From an uncultured archaeon (GTDB lineage: Archaea; Asgardarchaeota; Lokiarchaeia; Sigyniarchaeales; SOKP01): a DNA stretch of 50,410 bases. How positions within the stretch are numbered: the first letter of the stretch is position 1; each line of letters opens with the position of its first letter. The stretch is taken from NCBI GenBank assembly GCA_964632315.1, contig CAZWEM010000035.1, positions 1-50,410 of the forward strand, read 5' to 3'. The notes beneath the pieces are model-generated. The model saw nothing but the letters and a program-made list of their open reading frames with translations. It was not told the DNA's origin and ran no database searches. The position numbers were made by a program, and so were the translations under genes. Positions 46,462-50,410 of this stretch are shown here, piece by piece.

Positions 46462-47481
46462 TTAGTATCTAATTCGTGGATCTAAAATACCATATATTAC
46501 GTCCGTAATCAAATTGATAAAGATGAATACCAACGCAAAGAAAAAAACTAATCCGTTTAGAACCCAGTAATCACTGTCAGTTATTGCATCAATGAGCAAT
46601 TGGCCTATACCTGCCAGTCCGAAAGTAGTCTCCGTGAGTACTGCACCCGTTAAAAGACCTCCGAATCCCAAACCAATAACGGTAACTGTTGGAATCATGG
46701 CATTCTTTTTAGCATGGGTATTAATCACATCTTTCTCTTTACAACCTTTTGCTCGAGCAGTTCGAATATAATCTTGTTCAAGAACCTCTAGCATACTTGA
46801 GCGTGTTTGTCTTACAATCCCTGCTAAAGAGATAAATGACAAGCAAAAAACTGGTAGCACTAAGTGGTAAAAATAATCAGTAAACAAATAAAATTGTCCC
46901 GAAATTAATGCATCTATCCATCTAAAACCAGTGACCAATGGGGGATCTACGTAAAATTGTGTCTTGAATCCTGTCGCTGGAAAGATATGAGTAGTTATTG
47001 CTAAAAGATATTGAAGAAGCATCCCAAGAAAAAATACTGGTACGGCTACCCCAACTAATGATATGCCTCTAAAAATTGTGTCCCTCGCCTTATTGCGATG
47101 AGTTGCTGAAACTACTCCAGCTTTAATCCCTAAGACTGCGGCAATGATGATTGAAAAGATTGCGAGATCTGCTGTTCGAGGCAATTTTAACATAATTAAT
47201 TCCCAAACAGGCATTCCTCTTGCGATTGATTGAGAATAACCCCAATTTCCTACCAATACGTCCCCAAGATATCTGAAATATTGAATGATAAGGGGATCAT
47301 TAAGCCCTAATTCCTGCTTTAATCGAAGGTAATAAGGAAGACTAAACCTACCCTCTCCGATATACGCTAGTACAGGATCTCCTGGCATGAACCTTGATAA
47401 TATAAATGTTAATGTCATTACACCGAATATCACTGGAACGGCAATTAATAACCTTCTTATGATATATTTTAATAAACTCAT
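46462..47481 (-). CDS. oppB: Oligopeptide/dipeptide ABC permease OppB/DppB
   Basis: PGDP, QDYIRTARAKG, DPRIRY. Confidence 0.94.
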   Translation of the reverse strand: MSLLKYIIRRLLIAVPVIFGVMTLTFILSRFMPGDPVLAYIGEGRFSLPYYLRLKQELGLNDPLIIQYFRYLGDVLVGNWGYSQSIARGMPVWELIMLKLPRTADLAIFSIIIAAVLGIKAGVVSATHRNKARDTIFRGISLVGVAVPVFFLGMLLQYLLAITTHIFPATGFKTQFYVDPPLVTGFRWIDALISGQFYLFTDYFYHLVLPVFCLSFISLAGIVRQTRSSMLEVLEQDYIRTARAKGCKEKDVINTHAKKNAMIPTVTVIGLGFGGLLTGAVLTETTFGLAGIGQLLIDAITDSDYWVLNGLVFFFALVFIFINLITDVIYGILDPRIRY

Positions 47482-47504
47482 TTAATTTAAACCTCTCTTT
47501 TTAT

Positions 47505-47969
47505 TTATTCCTCAATCCTTTTAGTTCTTTTTATAAAGGCATTATATTTTTCTCTCGCGATTGAAGCTACGATGGCCGTACCGATATTTATACCAAGCAA
47601 GGTCAAGATCGTAATGTAAGTTTCAATCCTGAGAAAATATGCACCTATCATGCCAATATCAAAATCCTCAATTATAAACCAATACCAGATCCAGGATTGT
47701 ACAATGATAAAGGGAATTAGCCAAATACTATTTCGAATGCCATATTCGAAAAAATGTTCCCTAAAAACCATAAGAAAAACGATGAATACAAGGATAAGTG
47801 AGGATAAGAATGATTGGGGGTTAAATAATACTTTATACAAAAATAAAACACCATCTCCAATATTTTTCTGATATACATTTGATAAATATCCGAAAAAGAG
47901 AAAATGAGTGAGCAATAACGCCAGTATAAAGTTACTTTGTCGAGCAAATTCAATTTTTTTGAACTTCAT
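47505..47969 (-). CDS. Four-TM membrane protein inside the opp operon
   Basis: Hydrophobic ORF co-oriented between oppA and oppB. Confidence 0.75.
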   Translation of the reverse strand: MKFKKIEFARQSNFILALLLTHFLFFGYLSNVYQKNIGDGVLFLYKVLFNPQSFLSSLILVFIVFLMVFREHFFEYGIRNSIWLIPFIIVQSWIWYWFIIEDFDIGMIGAYFLRIETYITILTLLGINIGTAIVASIAREKYNAFIKRTKRIEE

Positions 47970-47979
47970 AATATCAAAC

Positions 47980-48858
47980 TCAAGATATTTCTAATAATTC
48001 TTCTAAATTAAGTTTTTTTAGCTCTATCTTAGATGAAATTGTTCTAATATCATCAATAGTAGATGTTTTATTAATTATTTTATTATCTTCGTAAACTTTT
48101 AAATTTATCGGTATATCCGCATTCATTAGAAGCTTTTTGTTATAAGAAAAGCAATCCAATAAATCATCATAAATTAGATAGGGCACAAATTTCATGTCAC
48201 GACTTTCATTCGTTTTCAAATCACTTATTACAATCGGAATTTCTAATGGAAAATATTTTTTTCTTCGCTCTAAGTATAGTTTCTCAAGATCAAAAGAATC
48301 CTCCTTCCTAACAAAGAAGATGTTTTTTTCAATCTTACTTCGGAAATAAGTAATTATCCTATCACAATAATTTGCTAATTGGATTTTGTATTCTTTATTG
48401 TTTATACTTGGATCCAGTCCTATTTCGTTGATCTTTGAATAGGTTTTTATAAACTCTGCAGTAATAAATGTGAAAGATTTATCCAAATCAAGATTACGAG
48501 TAGTAATTTCATTTGAAGCTTCCCACCATTTTCTTAATAAATCGCTCACAGTAAGATTTTTTTTGCTTACTTCTTCTTGCATTGAAAAAGCATATTTTAA
48601 CAAGTTTTGTAGTCCAGTTTTATAAAACAAGGAATAATCAATAAAATATCCATACTTCTTAAATATTCTCTCTAATTTTCGTTGATTGGGAGTGATAAAT
48701 AAGGTAGGTTGACCATGAAATACTTTATCTATCCTTAAAGGTATAGGAAGTATCGGAATCTGGAATAACGATGTGGAGAATATGTCAAAATAAAATCCTA
48801 TTGGAGCTATATCTTGTTTGAAGGGTTTTACTTTTGACTTATATTTAAAAAATAACAT
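47980..48858 (-). CDS. Hypothetical soluble protein inside the opp operon
   Basis: 292-aa ORF, no recognised motif. Confidence 0.72.
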   Translation of the reverse strand: MLFFKYKSKVKPFKQDIAPIGFYFDIFSTSLFQIPILPIPLRIDKVFHGQPTLFITPNQRKLERIFKKYGYFIDYSLFYKTGLQNLLKYAFSMQEEVSKKNLTVSDLLRKWWEASNEITTRNLDLDKSFTFITAEFIKTYSKINEIGLDPSINNKEYKIQLANYCDRIITYFRSKIEKNIFFVRKEDSFDLEKLYLERRKKYFPLEIPIVISDLKTNESRDMKFVPYLIYDDLLDCFSYNKKLLMNADIPINLKVYEDNKIINKTSTIDDIRTISSKIELKKLNLEELLEIS

Positions 48859-48926
48859 TATTTTACAAGAAAAGTTAATATAAAAAAAAATGAAATATTT
48901 AATTTATTGTTTTGGTACTTTAACTC

Positions 48927-50410
48927 TTATGTTCTGTAAGAACTACGGAAAATTGGATAGATTCGTAGAGCACCCATGGCGTTAGTTTGAACGCCATAAA
49001 TGTCACCACGCATGAGTCCAATTACTTTTGAGTGGTAGAGTGGAATGTGGTTGAATCCTTGAGTTGCCATGTAAGATTGTATGTCCTTATAAGTGTTATC
49101 CCTATCTACGGGATTAGTTTCTGTTAAAGCTGCTGCCATCATTGTATTTAGAGTAGTATCATTGACTTGAGCAGAGTTTGATCCAGAAGCTGGATTAAAC
49201 AATGGATCAAGCATGTTATAAGGCGATAGATAATCAGGCGCCCATCCAATAGCGTACAATTCTAAATGGTCAAATCCTTGATCCGGAGTACCTCCACCAA
49301 CATCGTAGAGATAATCCAAGAATTGATCCCATTGCACACCATCGTCTTCAGTGGCACAACCGATTAATTTAAGCCATTCCGAAACAGCAACGAATAAATC
49401 TTCTCTAAAAGTATTTCCGAGGTTATAAGTGTAACGTACAGTTGCAAATGGACTACCACTATTTGCTACAGCTTTCCAGGCGGCATCATCTGCTAGTCCT
49501 AAACCTACACCATAACCCATTGATTGCATAGTTTGTCGAGCAACGGTTATATCGCCCTGATCGGGAACTGATCTTGGATCAGAGGGTACAGATGCATTAT
49601 ATGCCGCACCAAAACCTGGTGAGATTGCAGTATAAGATCTGAACGCATTTCCTAATCGTAATTCATCAATTACGTAGGTATAGTTTACAGCAAAAGCGAA
49701 TGCTTTTCTCCAAGTTGCGTTATACTTATGGTTGTTAACACCCATGTATTGATAAACTAAACTTGGTTTTCCTGTAATTGTAGTAAAATCTTGTACGAAA
49801 ATATCATCTCGAGTTCTGTAAGTCTCAATGTTTTGATCAGAAGCCATGGCATTGGCATCAATAGAACCACTAAGGAATGCTTGATGAGCAGTATTAGCAT
49901 CATCATAGATCGCATAGATTACTAATGGGAAGTATGCACCATGACCATAGAGTTGAGCTCCCCAATAATTATCAAAACGAGACATTCTTACTTCAACATC
50001 TGGAGTGAAACTATCGAACATGTATGGTCCAGTTCCAACAAGATCTCCAGAAAGAGGGATGAAACTTTCAGCGTCATCCGCATGGAAAGTTGGAGAAATC
50101 ATACCAGAGTTAATGTAACTCAAAGTAGCCAAGAAAGGAGCATATGGGTCATTTAAAGTGATTGTTATGTTATATGCCCCATCTGAGGTGATGCTGTCCA
50201 TTATAGGAGTTACACCATCAGGGAAACTCCATAAGGATTTAGTTTGAGCTACTGTATCATGATTATCTCCAGTAGCGTTTATAAGGTAATTTAACCTTTC
50301 TAAATTCCATTGAGCAGCATCAGCATTAAAGTCAGTCCCATCTTGGAATGTAACGCCCTCTCTTAACTTGATTTGAAGAACCGTTTCATTTACCCAGTAA
50401 TAAGATTCAG
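48927..50410 (-). CDS. oppA: ABC substrate-binding protein OppA/DppA (family 5), 5' end beyond window
   Basis: Frame open to the window edge: LREGVTFQDGTDFNA, VGTGPY, GWAPDY..P. Confidence 0.92.
   Translation of the reverse strand, partial: ESYYWVNETVLQIKLREGVTFQDGTDFNADAAQWNLERLNYLINATGDNHDTVAQTKSLWSFPDGVTPIMDSITSDGAYNITITLNDPYAPFLATLSYINSGMISPTFHADDAESFIPLSGDLVGTGPYMFDSFTPDVEVRMSRFDNYWGAQLYGHGAYFPLVIYAIYDDANTAHQAFLSGSIDANAMASDQNIETYRTRDDIFVQDFTTITGKPSLVYQYMGVNNHKYNATWRKAFAFAVNYTYVIDELRLGNAFRSYTAISPGFGAAYNASVPSDPRSVPDQGDITVARQTMQSMGYGVGLGLADDAAWKAVANSGSPFATVRYTYNLGNTFREDLFVAVSEWLKLIGCATEDDGVQWDQFLDYLYDVGGGTPDQGFDHLELYAIGWAPDYLSPYNMLDPLFNPASGSNSAQVNDTTLNTMMAAALTETNPVDRDNTYKDIQSYMATQGFNHIPLYHSKVIGLMRGDIYGVQTNAMGALRIYPIFRSSYRT

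Noticed and set aside
1305-50156. Short antisense or nested ORFs in the track (e.g. 1305, 2287, 3271, 4866, 6670, 11270, 15109, 18519, 22527, 30607, 44352, 49941)
   Set aside because: Shadows of well-supported genes with no motifs of their own.
1-50410. CRISPR arrays, transposases, integrases, rRNA genes
   Set aside because: No repeat-spacer periodicity or matching motifs seen by eye.

Overview
AT-rich archaeal chromosomal window, most likely from an Asgard archaeon of the Lokiarchaeia. This inference rests on roadblock/LC7, an MglA-type GTPase, an OSTC/OST3-like subunit, a Loki-CTERM-like sorting tail, an RPC34/TFE-beta-like protein and eukaryote-like Sec machinery. The window holds a two-intron tRNA-Ile(UAU), a selenocysteine locus (tRNA-Sec, SepSecS, SelB/EFSec), a probable cobalamin ECF uptake cluster, the uS19-to-uL15 ribosomal protein operon, many housekeeping genes, one decayed Asgard-type gene, and an Opp/Dpp ABC operon truncated at the right edge. 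The top finding is that the essential ribosomal protein gene uS8, missed by the ORF track, is interrupted by a 29-nt insertion (14462-14490, minus strand) containing tandem stop codons. The insertion folds into a bulge-helix-bulge (BHB)-type motif. Applying the archaeal splicing-endonuclease cleavage rule restores the conserved YIGE|FE motif and a 127-aa uS8, so it is a candidate tRNA-type intron in a protein-coding mRNA. It also resembles the 29-nt variable-loop intron of the tRNA-Ile in the same window. All protein calls come from motif recognition by eye; no database searches were run.
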